Made by a program: the position numbers and the translations under genes. A stretch of 52,021 bases of DNA, taken from the sequence record DRR723986_750; one strand, given 5' to 3'. Shown here piece by piece: positions 9,509-20,031 of the stretch (position 1 is its first letter; every line of letters begins with the position of its first letter). The notes below the pieces were generated by a model that had not been told where the DNA came from, ran no database searches, and saw nothing but the letters and a program-made list of their open reading frames with translations.

Positions 9509-10272
9509 CAGTTGCGAACTCCTTCGCGCGCAGACATTGCATCGATATCGACAATCACGACAGTCACGTTATCCGAGCCGCCCTCTTCGAGCGCTCCATT
9601 GATAAGACATTGTGCCGTCGGCTTCGGCGCGCCGTTCATCAGGAAAGTACCAATCACACTATCGTCCAGATGTCCGGTCAAGCCATCCGAACACAGAAGA
9701 AACCGATCGCCCTGACGCAGATTTCCGGAAACCAGTTCAAGTTCAAGCTCGATCCCGGATCCGATCGCCCTGGTGATGACATGCCTGCGGGCGAACGTCC
9801 TTGCTTCTTCAGGCGTCAGCACGTTCTGGTCCACCAGTTCCTGCGCCTCGGTATGATCTGTCGTCAATTGTTCAAGACGGCCATTGCGCAGACGGTAGAC
9901 ACGGCTGTCGCCTGCCCAAAGGCACGCAAAGTTCGATCCGGAAATCAGAAGCGCGGCAATCGTCGTGCCCATGGCGGCACCGTTCGCCTTGGCCGCGGCC
10001 TGTTCGATCCGGTCCTTTGCGGTAATCAACCTGCTTTCGAATTGCTCCAGAAGGTCTTCCGCGCTGCGCGGTTGAGCGATACTGGCAAGGGCCTCACGCA
10101 CGAGACTGGACGCCATCGCACCGTCATGCATGCCTCCCGCTCCGTCCATCACTGCGAAAACGCCCTTGCCTTCGTCAACGTAGAACGTGTCCTCATTGTG
10201 CTGCCGAACCCGGCCAACATGGGTCAGTCCAATCGCAAAGCCACGCATAGAGGCTTCCATTTGTTCGATCAT
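9508..10272 (-). CDS. pppA: PP2C-family Ser/Thr phosphatase
   Basis: GRVRQHNED, VMDGAGG, AGDSRVY, LLCSDGL and GSDNVT motifs. Confidence 0.92.
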   Translation of the reverse strand: MIEQMEASMRGFAIGLTHVGRVRQHNEDTFYVDEGKGVFAVMDGAGGMHDGAMASSLVREALASIAQPRSAEDLLEQFESRLITAKDRIEQAAAKANGAAMGTTIAALLISGSNFACLWAGDSRVYRLRNGRLEQLTTDHTEAQELVDQNVLTPEEARTFARRHVITRAIGSGIELELELVSGNLRQGDRFLLCSDGLTGHLDDSVIGTFLMNGAPKPTAQCLINGALEEGGSDNVTVVIVDIDAMSAREGVRN

Positions 10273-10943
10273 GTTCGATGATCCTCCGGATGAAATCGCC
10301 CATGACTATTCCCTGCCACGTCCTGTCGAGCTTCCGAACCGGCGTAGGTTTCCGGGAGCAGCAGCCATCGAAAGGCGCTTGCGTCCGGCAGCCCTGCACA
10401 CGAAAACTCAAAACCCACTTCTCCTGCACGGCACCAGAATTCGGATGACAGAACATCCGTTCCTAGCATCGTCGGTAATTCGGCATTCCTGCCCTTCTTG
10501 CCGCTTGCCTCCACCGCAAGTGGCGTTTCCAGACCTGCGACAGCCTGTTGAAAGTCTTCCAGGCTGGCATCTTCCTGCAAGGTGTCGCGCAAGATTATCT
10601 CGGCACGGTCGTACCAGGTCTCCTCCGGTCGACCATTCTGCGTTTCCAGTCGGATGTCGCAGGCAAGTGTCAATGGAAAGGTCCGGCCAACCTTGTCGAC
10701 ATTCGGCATGAAAGCACCGGCGACGCCCTGAACAGGTTCGTCACCCTCTGAATTGTGCAATAGCCAGAATCGCCACACCGGCATTGTCATGAAGGCTTCC
10801 TCCCACCTCGCGCCCAGATCCAGACGGGATTGAGCGAGTCCGGTCATCAGGAAGGCCTCCCAGCTTTTCAGAAAGCCGGCAGAGCACTGCCCGATGACAA
10901 AATCCGCTCTTGCCGGCAGTTTGCCGAAATAACCGGTTCCCAT
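10269..10943 (-). CDS. tagF: T6SS-associated protein TagF
   Basis: GYFGKLPARADF, MPVWRF and MPNVDKVGRTFPLT motifs; follows tssM. Confidence 0.9.
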   Translation of the reverse strand: MGTGYFGKLPARADFVIGQCSAGFLKSWEAFLMTGLAQSRLDLGARWEEAFMTMPVWRFWLLHNSEGDEPVQGVAGAFMPNVDKVGRTFPLTLACDIRLETQNGRPEETWYDRAEIILRDTLQEDASLEDFQQAVAGLETPLAVEASGKKGRNAELPTMLGTDVLSSEFWCRAGEVGFEFSCAGLPDASAFRWLLLPETYAGSEARQDVAGNSHGRFHPEDHRT

Positions 10944-10944
10944 T

Positions 10945-13900
10945 CTAGAAGCTCGTAGGGCAACTGAAATCGCCGACTGCAGACAGGAAGAACGGGTTCG
11001 GATTCGTTCTCAGTGTCACCGTGAAGGCAACCTGTCTGCCGCCAAGCGTTTCGCGCACGACGAACTTGTTCTGACCGGAACTGACCCTGTTATCGCGAAC
11101 GAAGCGATAGAAGGCCCAATCTCCATGGATTTCACGACGAGATCTGTAGCCAGGCACTTCCGGCTGAATCACCAGTACAACGCGCGGGGTGGCCGTGTTG
11201 CTGGGCCAATCAAAATTGGCCGGCAACGGTTCGATTTCCGCATTGAAGCCGGGACCACGCGTCACCAGTACGAGATTGCCGTTCACTTCCAGGCTGGCCG
11301 CGTCAGCCTGCTGAGACAGGGCGCGCGGAACCACCTGAAGTCCGACGGAAGGAAACGCGTTTCCTGTCGGGAAGAAGGCCTGCTTGATCAGGTCTGCACG
11401 TTCGAACTGCCGAAGCGTTGCGTTCGACAGACGGTCCGCCTGAGACACTTCAGGCTTCCAGTTCCAGGGGCGCGTCGAGGTATCGACAAGCGGCTTCAGG
11501 TTTTCATCGAAAAACCGCTGCATGATTCCCGTCGGTGCGAACAGTTTTGCAAATTCCGTCATCGGCACTTCGGAGCGACCGTTTTCAAACGGGTAGTTCC
11601 GGGCGACGATCCTGCGGCATTCACCAACAACCTGGGTGCTCAGCTTCTCGTTCAGCTGAGTGATCGAGGTTTCCTTGAACTCCTCGTCAAATTCTTTCGC
11701 AGCCTGGATAATCAGTTTATCGAAAGGCGGCGGGAAACGCGTCGCGTTGCTTCTCAGCAGAGACGCCTGAATTTGCACGTTGGAATTTGCCGTTTCGCTC
11801 TGCAGCGGGTTGTTGGCCACGATCAGAAGGTTGTCGAGGATGTTCTTGAAGTTCAGCAGCAAGGCATCGATCTTGCGGCTGTTCTCGCCTTCCACAAGTA
11901 CATGGTAAGGACGGAAGTGATCTTCGATCGCCTTGCCTGGAATGATGGTTGGACCTCCGCCACCAGCGGCAGTTCCAAGCGCATTCGACAAACCTCCCGG
12001 CGCGATTGCCTGAAGTCCGGCTTCAAGGCCGATACGTTTCAATCCACCGGACGAATCCAGCACGTAGCGCTGGAAGATCTTCTGTGCAGCGTCAGTGCCG
12101 GCATCTTGCGCATTGCCGCCTGTCAGGTTTCCGGCAAGGCCTTCACTCGACAGATCCTGGGTGAGCAGGGTTTCGCGCCGAATGCTCTCAAGAAGCTGCA
12201 CGACGGGTGATGTTGGTGCCGAGACGGCCTGAAGCGTCGTGTAAAGCGGCTTGTCGTTGCGCATCGACTTGAATTTCAAGTTGCCGAGCGCCTCTTCCCA
12301 GGCCTCGATGAAATCCTTGGTGTAAAGCGCCAGGATCTCGCCGGGAAGCGACTGATATTGGTCGGAAAAGGCATCGGCTTCCCCGACATCTCCAAACACC
12401 CACTTGTCCCGTTCCAGTTCTTCACGAATGCCGGCAAGGTTCGGCAGAACGGAAAGGTGGAAGCCCGGATAGGTGAAGAACTTGTCGACCGCGACCGTGT
12501 CCAACGTGTCGCCATTCTCCGTTTCGAAAACGGTCTCCATGTCGGAGCCGCCACGTTGTTCTGCAATCCAGTCTTCGCTGGCAAGACCCTTGGCACGAGA
12601 CTTGAGAAGTGCATACCCACGCTCGGCGAGGCTGACACGTCCGAGCTCTCGCTGGACCTCGGCAACCAGAATGCCGTCCAGCTGATCGGTCAGGACGTTG
12701 CCACCGAAATCGAGATCGAGCATCGCGGCAACGTGGTTGTTGAGCTCGTTGCGCAAGATCTCGCCCTGAGGTCCGGGGAAGCTTTGCAGGAAGTCGGCAC
12801 GGAACGAATTCTTGATCTGCTCCTTGTCGATCTCCGGCGCATCACCCGCCACCATGCGGTACAGCTTTGCCAGATTGTAGAGCGTATCGACGTCCTGTCC
12901 GCCCGGACCGGTGCGATTGTCGAGCACCTCGGTCATCTGCTCTTCGATCCTCAAGAGCAAACGCGGCCGCAACAACCTTTCCAGACCACTTCTGTAGGAA
13001 GTCACGCCAGCTGCTTCCAGACGGTCGCGCTGGCTGAGGCCGAACTGTTCCATGACAGGCGTTGGCGTATCGCGGCTGTCGTAACCAGCCGGCAAGCCCC
13101 GCAACATCGACAGGATGTAGGCGGTATCCGCCAGATTGTCGTCACGTACAACCCGCTCCGCCAGAACGGTTTCGCCGTTTACGCGCACCGTGTCCACAGC
13201 CTTGGCGGTTTCGTCAATCAAGGCCTTGTTGTTGAGATAACTGATCCCCCACAAGCTGCCGAGGCCCAGGGTCACGAGAGCAATGGCTGCGTAAGCCGCA
13301 ATGCGGGTTGCGGTCGCAACTCTGACGGCCTGCCGGTTATGGGTTACCCAGCCGGCTTCTCCGATAATCACCTTGGAAAGAAGATCACGCAGGAAGTAGC
13401 TCTTGCCCTGACCGGATAGAGCGGCCGCCTGATAGGCTGTCCCGAAGGCCTGGCTCATTGAGCCGATGACCCTGTCGATTGCCGTGCCTTTTTGGGTGCC
13501 GGAGGTAAAATAGAAACCGCGAAGAACAGCATTCGGATAATACCGGCTCGGTTCGAAAATCGCATTGAGGAAACCGGTCAGACGGTCCTTCAGAGCAGCG
13601 ACCTGTGTCGGGAAGCCATAGAGCATCAGCCGGGCGCGCGGATCCGGTTCTTCCTGAAGACGGTCCGCCATTTCCTCGTTGAGACGCTCCACCAGAAGAT
13701 CAAACTCGGCGGGCGCTTCCGACACCATGTTCTTGGTTTTTTCGCGGGTCTGGAAGGTCGCACCCCAGACCAGGTTGCGACGGGTTTCGGGATAGGAGCC
13801 GAAAAACTCCATGAAGCCCGCAACCGTATCGGCCTTGGTAAAGATCACATAGACCGGGAAATCGATTTTCAAGGTCTTGTAAAGTTCGATCAAGCGCGTG

Positions 13901-14598
13901 CGGATCGCATCGGAATGCTGTTTCAACTCATCGTCAGACAGCGTCATCAGGTCTTCAAGGCTGATCGACACCATGACGCCGTTGATCGGCTGACGCGGAC
14001 GGGCCTTGCGCAGAATATTGAGGAACCCGTGCCAGGCTTCGCGGTCATGCTCTTCGTCGGAATCCTGCGTTGTGTAACGCCCTGCCGTATCGATCAGCAC
14101 AGCCGTTTCAGCAAACCACCAGTCGCAATACCGGGTTCCGCCGAGGCCCTCCAGCTTCTGGGCCTCTCCCTTTGCGCGCGAACCGGCAAACTTCAAACCG
14201 GAGTGCATCAAAGCCGTGGTCTTGCCGGCGCCCGGAGGGCCGATCATCAGATACCAGGGCAAGTCGTAAAGATAGGTGCGCGCGTTTCCGCTGGACGTCT
14301 TGAGCGTCTTCAGAGCGTCCTTCATGCGCTCCGACATGATCTGCAAGTCGGCATCACTTGCCTTGGGCTGCAGGATCTCACTCTCGAGTTCCCGGTTGGC
14401 CTTGACGCGCTTGTAGATCCGGTAGCCGGTCCAGCCGCCAACGGTCAGAAGGACAAGCGCAACCAGCGACAACCTTACCCAGAGAGGTTCGAAGGGCCTC
14501 ACACCGGCGATCGACAGGAACGGCCCGCCAAACCAGATCAGACCGATCAGGGCGAGTATGCCGATGACGATTGCCGTTATTCCGAGCCAGAATTTCAT
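10945..14598 (-). CDS. tssM: T6SS membrane subunit TssM/IcmF
   Basis: LYDLPWYLMIGPPGAGKTT, CDWWF, LIDTAGRY, LRGFYFTSGTQ; 1217 aa. Confidence 0.96.
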   Translation of the reverse strand: MKFWLGITAIVIGILALIGLIWFGGPFLSIAGVRPFEPLWVRLSLVALVLLTVGGWTGYRIYKRVKANRELESEILQPKASDADLQIMSERMKDALKTLKTSSGNARTYLYDLPWYLMIGPPGAGKTTALMHSGLKFAGSRAKGEAQKLEGLGGTRYCDWWFAETAVLIDTAGRYTTQDSDEEHDREAWHGFLNILRKARPRQPINGVMVSISLEDLMTLSDDELKQHSDAIRTRLIELYKTLKIDFPVYVIFTKADTVAGFMEFFGSYPETRRNLVWGATFQTREKTKNMVSEAPAEFDLLVERLNEEMADRLQEEPDPRARLMLYGFPTQVAALKDRLTGFLNAIFEPSRYYPNAVLRGFYFTSGTQKGTAIDRVIGSMSQAFGTAYQAAALSGQGKSYFLRDLLSKVIIGEAGWVTHNRQAVRVATATRIAAYAAIALVTLGLGSLWGISYLNNKALIDETAKAVDTVRVNGETVLAERVVRDDNLADTAYILSMLRGLPAGYDSRDTPTPVMEQFGLSQRDRLEAAGVTSYRSGLERLLRPRLLLRIEEQMTEVLDNRTGPGGQDVDTLYNLAKLYRMVAGDAPEIDKEQIKNSFRADFLQSFPGPQGEILRNELNNHVAAMLDLDFGGNVLTDQLDGILVAEVQRELGRVSLAERGYALLKSRAKGLASEDWIAEQRGGSDMETVFETENGDTLDTVAVDKFFTYPGFHLSVLPNLAGIREELERDKWVFGDVGEADAFSDQYQSLPGEILALYTKDFIEAWEEALGNLKFKSMRNDKPLYTTLQAVSAPTSPVVQLLESIRRETLLTQDLSSEGLAGNLTGGNAQDAGTDAAQKIFQRYVLDSSGGLKRIGLEAGLQAIAPGGLSNALGTAAGGGGPTIIPGKAIEDHFRPYHVLVEGENSRKIDALLLNFKNILDNLLIVANNPLQSETANSNVQIQASLLRSNATRFPPPFDKLIIQAAKEFDEEFKETSITQLNEKLSTQVVGECRRIVARNYPFENGRSEVPMTEFAKLFAPTGIMQRFFDENLKPLVDTSTRPWNWKPEVSQADRLSNATLRQFERADLIKQAFFPTGNAFPSVGLQVVPRALSQQADAASLEVNGNLVLVTRGPGFNAEIEPLPANFDWPSNTATPRVVLVIQPEVPGYRSRREIHGDWAFYRFVRDNRVSSGQNKFVVRETLGGRQVAFTVTLRTNPNPFFLSAVGDFSCPTSF

Positions 14599-14631
14599 AG
14601 ATACAGCCTTGTTCTGCGGTTGCCCCGGATA

Positions 14632-16251
14632 TCAGTTGTTTATCACCAGCCCTTTGGCCGGTGGTTTCAGGAAGACTTCCACACGTCTGTTGAGCGCCTT
14701 GCCTTCCCTGCTTGTATTGGGAGCGATCGGCTCGTCGGCGCCACGTCCTTCCACCTGCACCCGCCCTGGTGTCTGGAGGACTGATTCCATGACGGCAGCA
14801 ACTGCCTTCGCCCTTTCAACGGACAGGTGCCAGTTGGTCGGGAACCGCGGATTATTGCGGATCGGGTCGCTATCCGTATGGCCGACGACCAGAATTTCAC
14901 CTTCCACCTGGTCGAGGGTCTGGCTGACCTGCTCGACAAGAAGCTGAAATTCAGGGCGCAGCGTGGCAGCTGCAACGTCGAACTGCGCGCGCATGCGCAA
15001 CATGATTGCCGGTCCCGCCTGCGAAATTTCCAGGCCATCGATACCTGCCAGCTGTGCGGAGACAGTATCGATCGCCGCATCTTCCGGCGGTGGTGGCGCG
15101 GGTGGCGGTTTGGGTTGGTAGCCTTCGCGCGCCAGTTCGATCGGGCCTGACGGGTAAAGCGCACTTGCGCGTCCAGCGACAACTTCGCTTCCGCTCGACA
15201 GAAGAAGCATCAAGGTGACGTAGCCCCCAAGAAGCAATGCGCCTGCAACGGCCGCGACCGACCAGATCGGCACCGAGAACCCTGCCCGCTTTTGCAGGAG
15301 TTCCAAGCCGCGCCAATGGGGAGAGAGATCGTCTCCAGGCCGCGGGCGAACACGACGCAGAATTTCATGCAGGTCGCGTCGTTCGCGCTCCAGGCCCTGC
15401 TGGCCACCCTGGATCGCACGGTACTTGCCGTAAAAGCCGAGTGACAGACAGGAATGCATGACCTCCAGAACACCGTAGTTACGACCGGGATCCTGCTTTG
15501 CCTTCTCCAGTAGCTGATAGAACTCGACACCGCCGGTTGCCTGACCGAAGAACTGGGTCAGCATGGAGTATTGCGTCCATTGGTGACGTCCGGCAGACGG
15601 CAGGTTCTGAACGATATCGTCTGATGTCGCACAGAGCGCATAGGCGGCTGAACGGATCTGGTCGTCCGTGATTCCGGCGCTCCGCAATTCTTTCTCGAAC
15701 GTCTTGATGGCGCTGTAGACATCGCGCATCAACTGGTCGAACTGGGCGTCCGTCATTGTCAGGTGAAGCCGGCCCAGAAGCAGAAGCAACGGGGCAGCCG
15801 CACGGGAAATCGGATTTCGATTGGCAACGCGGATCTGGTTGATGTCCGGCATATGCGCCAGTTTACCGGCACCTTGTGCAGGTGCGGCCGCCGGCTGTGG
15901 CGCAGCGCCTTGCGGTGCCTGGTAACCGCCTGGCGGGGTTCTGAGATCCGGTGCCTGCTGTTGGCCATACTCATACCCGGCTGGCGTTGGAGCGTAAGGA
16001 TCACGTCCTCCGCCAACTCCCCCGCTTTGCCACGGATCCGAGCCACCGGAAGGCGGATTGTGTGGCGGTGGCGGAGCTGCGTGTCCAGGAGGCGCCTGAC
16101 CGGGAACCTGTTGTGGCGGCGGCGCAGGTTGCTGAGGCGGCTGGCCGGGTTGTCCTGGCTGGCCTTCGCTCCATCGCCCGCCCGGATTGGGCATTACAAT
16201 TGTCTTTCCCTTGCGTTTGGAAACGCCAAAGGGATCGTCATTGTCCGACAT
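14632..16251 (-). CDS. tssL: T6SS TssL/DotU with C-terminal OmpA domain and P/Q/G-rich N-terminus
   Basis: YALCATSDD, CLSLGFYGKY, LSPHW, a TM, then VGHTDSDP..NWHLSVERA..NRRVE. Confidence 0.94.
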   Translation of the reverse strand: MSDNDDPFGVSKRKGKTIVMPNPGGRWSEGQPGQPGQPPQQPAPPPQQVPGQAPPGHAAPPPPHNPPSGGSDPWQSGGVGGGRDPYAPTPAGYEYGQQQAPDLRTPPGGYQAPQGAAPQPAAAPAQGAGKLAHMPDINQIRVANRNPISRAAAPLLLLLGRLHLTMTDAQFDQLMRDVYSAIKTFEKELRSAGITDDQIRSAAYALCATSDDIVQNLPSAGRHQWTQYSMLTQFFGQATGGVEFYQLLEKAKQDPGRNYGVLEVMHSCLSLGFYGKYRAIQGGQQGLERERRDLHEILRRVRPRPGDDLSPHWRGLELLQKRAGFSVPIWSVAAVAGALLLGGYVTLMLLLSSGSEVVAGRASALYPSGPIELAREGYQPKPPPAPPPPEDAAIDTVSAQLAGIDGLEISQAGPAIMLRMRAQFDVAAATLRPEFQLLVEQVSQTLDQVEGEILVVGHTDSDPIRNNPRFPTNWHLSVERAKAVAAVMESVLQTPGRVQVEGRGADEPIAPNTSREGKALNRRVEVFLKPPAKGLVINN

Positions 16252-17585
16252 CAGCGGCCCTCCCGGACGGCATAGAACTCAAGCTGCAGATCCGGCCAGT
16301 TGCCGGAGAATTGCAGCCCGATCGCCGAGTCCTGGCTAAATTCGCGCCAAAGCGGGGTCGTCTTGTCCAGCCTGAAGTAGACTCGGTCCGTGAGAGCCCG
16401 GATCTGTGCCGGTGGTACCGGCATGTGGATCAGCGGAATACCCGGCAGGTTGGAGTAGACGATCTGGCGCATCTGACCGAAGGGGCCAACCTTGAAGAGC
16501 CTTGGAAACTCGTTCTGAATTTCCGTCAAAGGCCTGCGGGCAGCCACTTCGATGACAAAGCCCGCCTGCGAGAACAGGTTGCGATCGACGATGGTCGACT
16601 TGAACGCATTCGGCGCCAGCTGTTCCAGAGGCAAGCGGATTGCCCGCCGGTCATAACCGGCCGACAGGAACGCCTGTATGTCGGCCAGGACCGGCTTGAA
16701 GATATCATGCAGCTTGTCGTGGTCATAAACGGGATAGTTGCGCGCTCGGCGCTCTTCCGTTGCGAACGTTGCAAGCTCCCCCGCCAGCTGCAGGAACAGT
16801 ATGTACAGCCGCTCCGGATGCACATAAGCCGATTTGCGCAGGTGCATCAGCAAAGGATAAGTGCGGTTGAGCAGCTGCAACGTCAGATAATCGAAATTCT
16901 GCAATCCGCCCCCGGCGGACGTATCGGCGGCGTAACGCGCCAGTTCGCTCAGTTTGCGCTCCACCCAGCCAATGACGGAGTCAATCCAGCCGGTGATGAC
17001 CGGATGCACATGACAGGCAAGTACCGGTGGTGCAAAGGAACCATCGGTTATGACAATGCGATCTTTGATTTCCGTGATACGGGCGACCGGCAGGCAGACC
17101 TGACCGGGATGGGGTGTTGAGCGAATCGAATACTGCAGGCGCGGATGCGCAACATCGATCTCCTCCTCCTGGCGGATGGTGGAGGTGGAATCGATGATCG
17201 TCTCCCTGCCCTGAATATATCTCGTGGCGGCATCGTCGCGGCCATTGGCGACTTCCACTGCATTGACGGTCGTCTCGGGAATTCCCAGCCAGACGATTTG
17301 TCCTGCCGCGTCCTCCGGAACGTCGATTGCAGGCGGCGGCGTGCCGTCGGCCGGGAAGTTGAACACCGTTCCGTCGGAGAATATGCCTCGGCCATAGCGA
17401 AGCGCGAACCGGCATTGCTGGCCTACGTCCTGATCTATTTCCAGCTCGGAAAAGCCCCAGGGATAGGGAGAGGCAAAACGGACCCGTTCGTCCAGCATGT
17501 GCTCCGCGTACCGGTCGCTCTGCTGGAGATGATGAGGCCGCAGAAACAAGCCTTCGGTCCATGCAACCTTGCTATACCACGACAT
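16251..17585 (-). CDS. tssK: T6SS baseplate subunit TssK
   Basis: KVAWTEGLFLRPHHLQQSDRY; HPERLY; YDHD. Confidence 0.95.
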   Translation of the reverse strand: MSWYSKVAWTEGLFLRPHHLQQSDRYAEHMLDERVRFASPYPWGFSELEIDQDVGQQCRFALRYGRGIFSDGTVFNFPADGTPPPAIDVPEDAAGQIVWLGIPETTVNAVEVANGRDDAATRYIQGRETIIDSTSTIRQEEEIDVAHPRLQYSIRSTPHPGQVCLPVARITEIKDRIVITDGSFAPPVLACHVHPVITGWIDSVIGWVERKLSELARYAADTSAGGGLQNFDYLTLQLLNRTYPLLMHLRKSAYVHPERLYILFLQLAGELATFATEERRARNYPVYDHDKLHDIFKPVLADIQAFLSAGYDRRAIRLPLEQLAPNAFKSTIVDRNLFSQAGFVIEVAARRPLTEIQNEFPRLFKVGPFGQMRQIVYSNLPGIPLIHMPVPPAQIRALTDRVYFRLDKTTPLWREFSQDSAIGLQFSGNWPDLQLEFYAVREGR

Positions 17586-17643
17586 AAAGGTACTGCTCCC
17601 TTAACACTTTCGCGCCTTCGCGCTCTTAAAACTGGCAAAGGTC

Positions 17644-19368
17644 TTAATTCATCAGTCCGGAGCTCTGCTCCGGATCGTCACTGCTCAATTCTTCATAACC
17701 TTCGGTAAAGTATTGCGTGAAAAGCCCGACCACGCCATCGTCGTACGAACCGGACAAGGAACTCCAGCGTTCCTGAATCCGCTCCCATAGCTTGGCCTTC
17801 TGGTTACCGAAGGTACTCTTGGCGACCTGGCCTTCTGCTTCGATCGCCTTGGGGGAAAGCTTTTCTTCAAATCTTCCTGCAGCCTTCTGCATGGCTGCAT
17901 AGGTCCAGACATGATGTTTCTGGATGTCCTTGAAAGCAGCCTGCATGGCCTTTGAAATCGGCAAATACCCGTTTTCTTCCGCTCCTGGAGCCAACATCGT
18001 CTGCAATGCCATTTGAGGTGTCGGTGAAAACTTCAGGGCATTGTTCCCGCTGCGCATGATAAGCGTGCGGTTGGCGTTCCTGGTCATGGCTTTCACCTGA
18101 CTGCGTGCCTGCAAAAGACCCATCAAGTCGCCGGTGATGCCTTGCAATATGGCCCCGACTTCCCTGGCAAATTCTTCCGGATCGCGGCCGGCTAGCGTTG
18201 CAGCCGGGATACCGGCTCCTTCGGCGAAGGCCTTGATGAAATCAACATTGGCTGCCGGAATATTAGCCGGCTCAACATCGAACTTTGCAACCGCCGCTGT
18301 GTCTGCCTTCGCTGGTTCTTGCGGGGCAACAACAGGCATGGCCGCAGGTGCAGCTTGATCCACTGGAGCCGGTTGTTCAGGCTGTGGTTCCTGGACAGTT
18401 GCCGGCTGTGTTTCCTCAGCCTCCGGCGCGCTCCAGACAGGCGCTTCGGGAAACGGCGACGCTGTGGGCTCTCCTGCAGGTGGCGAAGCAGATTCGGCCG
18501 CCGGTTGCTGGGTTGGTGCCTCTGGTTGAAGATCCGGCATCTGGAAAAGCGGCTCAGCACTTTCCTGCGCCGGGGTTTCAGACAGCGCCGGAAACGGAGA
18601 TTGCGCTTCAGATTCCGGAAAGCCGAAAAGCGGCTCTGCGGGCGCGGCTCCGGCAGATTGAAGATGCGGTTGTTGGGCAAGATGATCGAGCGGGTCCGCC
18701 TGGGCCGGTCGAGGGGCTTCGCGTTCGCCGATGTGCGCATTCGGATCGTACAGCGAAGGATCCGCCGTGCCCCAGCCGTGTCCTTGCTGGCTCCAGACAT
18801 CATCTGCCGGCGTGCCTATGCCAGGATTGGAGGACGGCGGTGCGTGTCGCCCTTCCATGCCCGCTCCAGGTGTAGCCCAGGGCCCACCCTGATTTTCCAT
18901 TGGGTAGTGACCGGGTGCCGCGCCCGCCGGACCAGGCCCCGTAGGCCAAGAGGAGCCACCGGGTGTAGACGAGGTTTGCGGTGCGTCCCAGGGCTGAGGA
19001 GCAGCGGCGGCGACTGGTGCTGCGGACATGGCTGGCTGCCCGGATCCGGCTTCCAGCGATACGACGATGATGTAATCGCCAATCATCAGCCGATCGCCGG
19101 AGCGCAGCACATGTGCCTTGTCCATGCGGGTCTGGCTGCCATTGAGGAAAGTGCCGTTTGTCGAATAGTCGTAAAGAACGAAATTCCCGCTTTCAAAGCG
19201 CACTTCGCAATGCTTACCGGAAATCATCCGCTGGGGATCGGGGAGACTCCAGTCCAGATGTTCGTGCCGACCAATGTCGAAGCCTCGGTCGGCACAGCTG
19301 TAGGACAGCTGACCGCCGGTCTCCAACCGGTCAACATTTTCAATCTGGAGCGTTATGCGCATTCCCAC
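17644..19368 (-). CDS. tagH: T6SS FHA-domain protein TagH/Fha
   Basis: FHA motifs IGR..ISGKHC..STNGTFLN; Pro/Ala linker; C-terminal NNALKFSP. Confidence 0.92.
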   Translation of the reverse strand: MGMRITLQIENVDRLETGGQLSYSCADRGFDIGRHEHLDWSLPDPQRMISGKHCEVRFESGNFVLYDYSTNGTFLNGSQTRMDKAHVLRSGDRLMIGDYIIVVSLEAGSGQPAMSAAPVAAAAPQPWDAPQTSSTPGGSSWPTGPGPAGAAPGHYPMENQGGPWATPGAGMEGRHAPPSSNPGIGTPADDVWSQQGHGWGTADPSLYDPNAHIGEREAPRPAQADPLDHLAQQPHLQSAGAAPAEPLFGFPESEAQSPFPALSETPAQESAEPLFQMPDLQPEAPTQQPAAESASPPAGEPTASPFPEAPVWSAPEAEETQPATVQEPQPEQPAPVDQAAPAAMPVVAPQEPAKADTAAVAKFDVEPANIPAANVDFIKAFAEGAGIPAATLAGRDPEEFAREVGAILQGITGDLMGLLQARSQVKAMTRNANRTLIMRSGNNALKFSPTPQMALQTMLAPGAEENGYLPISKAMQAAFKDIQKHHVWTYAAMQKAAGRFEEKLSPKAIEAEGQVAKSTFGNQKAKLWERIQERWSSLSGSYDDGVVGLFTQYFTEGYEELSSDDPEQSSGLMN

Positions 19369-19383
19369 GTTTCCTCTTTGCGC

Positions 19384-19980
19384 TTAGGAAAAGGCTGACG
19401 AAGAGCTGCTGACGGTCACCGCGGGCATCGCCCCACCTCCGGCGAAGGACAGCCCGGCAGACAGGCAAGATTTCAGGGCCTCATCCCGTTTGGCAGGCTC
19501 AAGCGTTCCAAGCGCAATCAACACAGCTGTATTTACGGCCTTGGCCGTCAGGTCGTCCGGCATGTCCACCCGGTGCTCGGGGCTCGGCGAGAGGGATCCG
19601 CCAGACCAGCCTGCAGCAAGACCGATCCAGACGGACGCGCTGTCCTTCTTGGCGGCCTCAGCCGCCGAGTGAACCGCAACACGGGCATCTTCATCCCCCT
19701 CGCGGACCCAGGTCTCGCTGAGTTTAAGAACCTGCCGGTCATCCTCGTTCTTGGCCTGATCCAGACCGGCAACGCAGTTCATGCCCCACCAGACCGATTC
19801 CCGTTTCGGCAGGATATGAGCGAAATAGGCGATCGCCGACAGCGGTGCCTCGCTTTTCTGCAATTCCAGAGTATAGGCGTCCGGAGCGATATCCGTGGCC
19901 GGTTCGCTTACCGTTTCCGACAACTCCGGAAAAGTTTCAAATACCTGTCTAGCCTTTGTAAAGCGGATACGTGATCCCAT
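19384..19980 (-). CDS. T6SS-associated hypothetical protein (DUF6931-like) downstream of vgrG
   Basis: AHILPKRESVWWG and AAGWSGGSL motifs as I recall them for this family; lies between vgrG and fha. Confidence 0.6.
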   Translation of the reverse strand: MGSRIRFTKARQVFETFPELSETVSEPATDIAPDAYTLELQKSEAPLSAIAYFAHILPKRESVWWGMNCVAGLDQAKNEDDRQVLKLSETWVREGDEDARVAVHSAAEAAKKDSASVWIGLAAGWSGGSLSPSPEHRVDMPDDLTAKAVNTAVLIALGTLEPAKRDEALKSCLSAGLSFAGGGAMPAVTVSSSSSAFS

Positions 19981-20031
19981 CTGCTCTACTCCGTTTTTTC
20001 TCTTGGCCGCATTCGTTCAAGAACCGCAGCA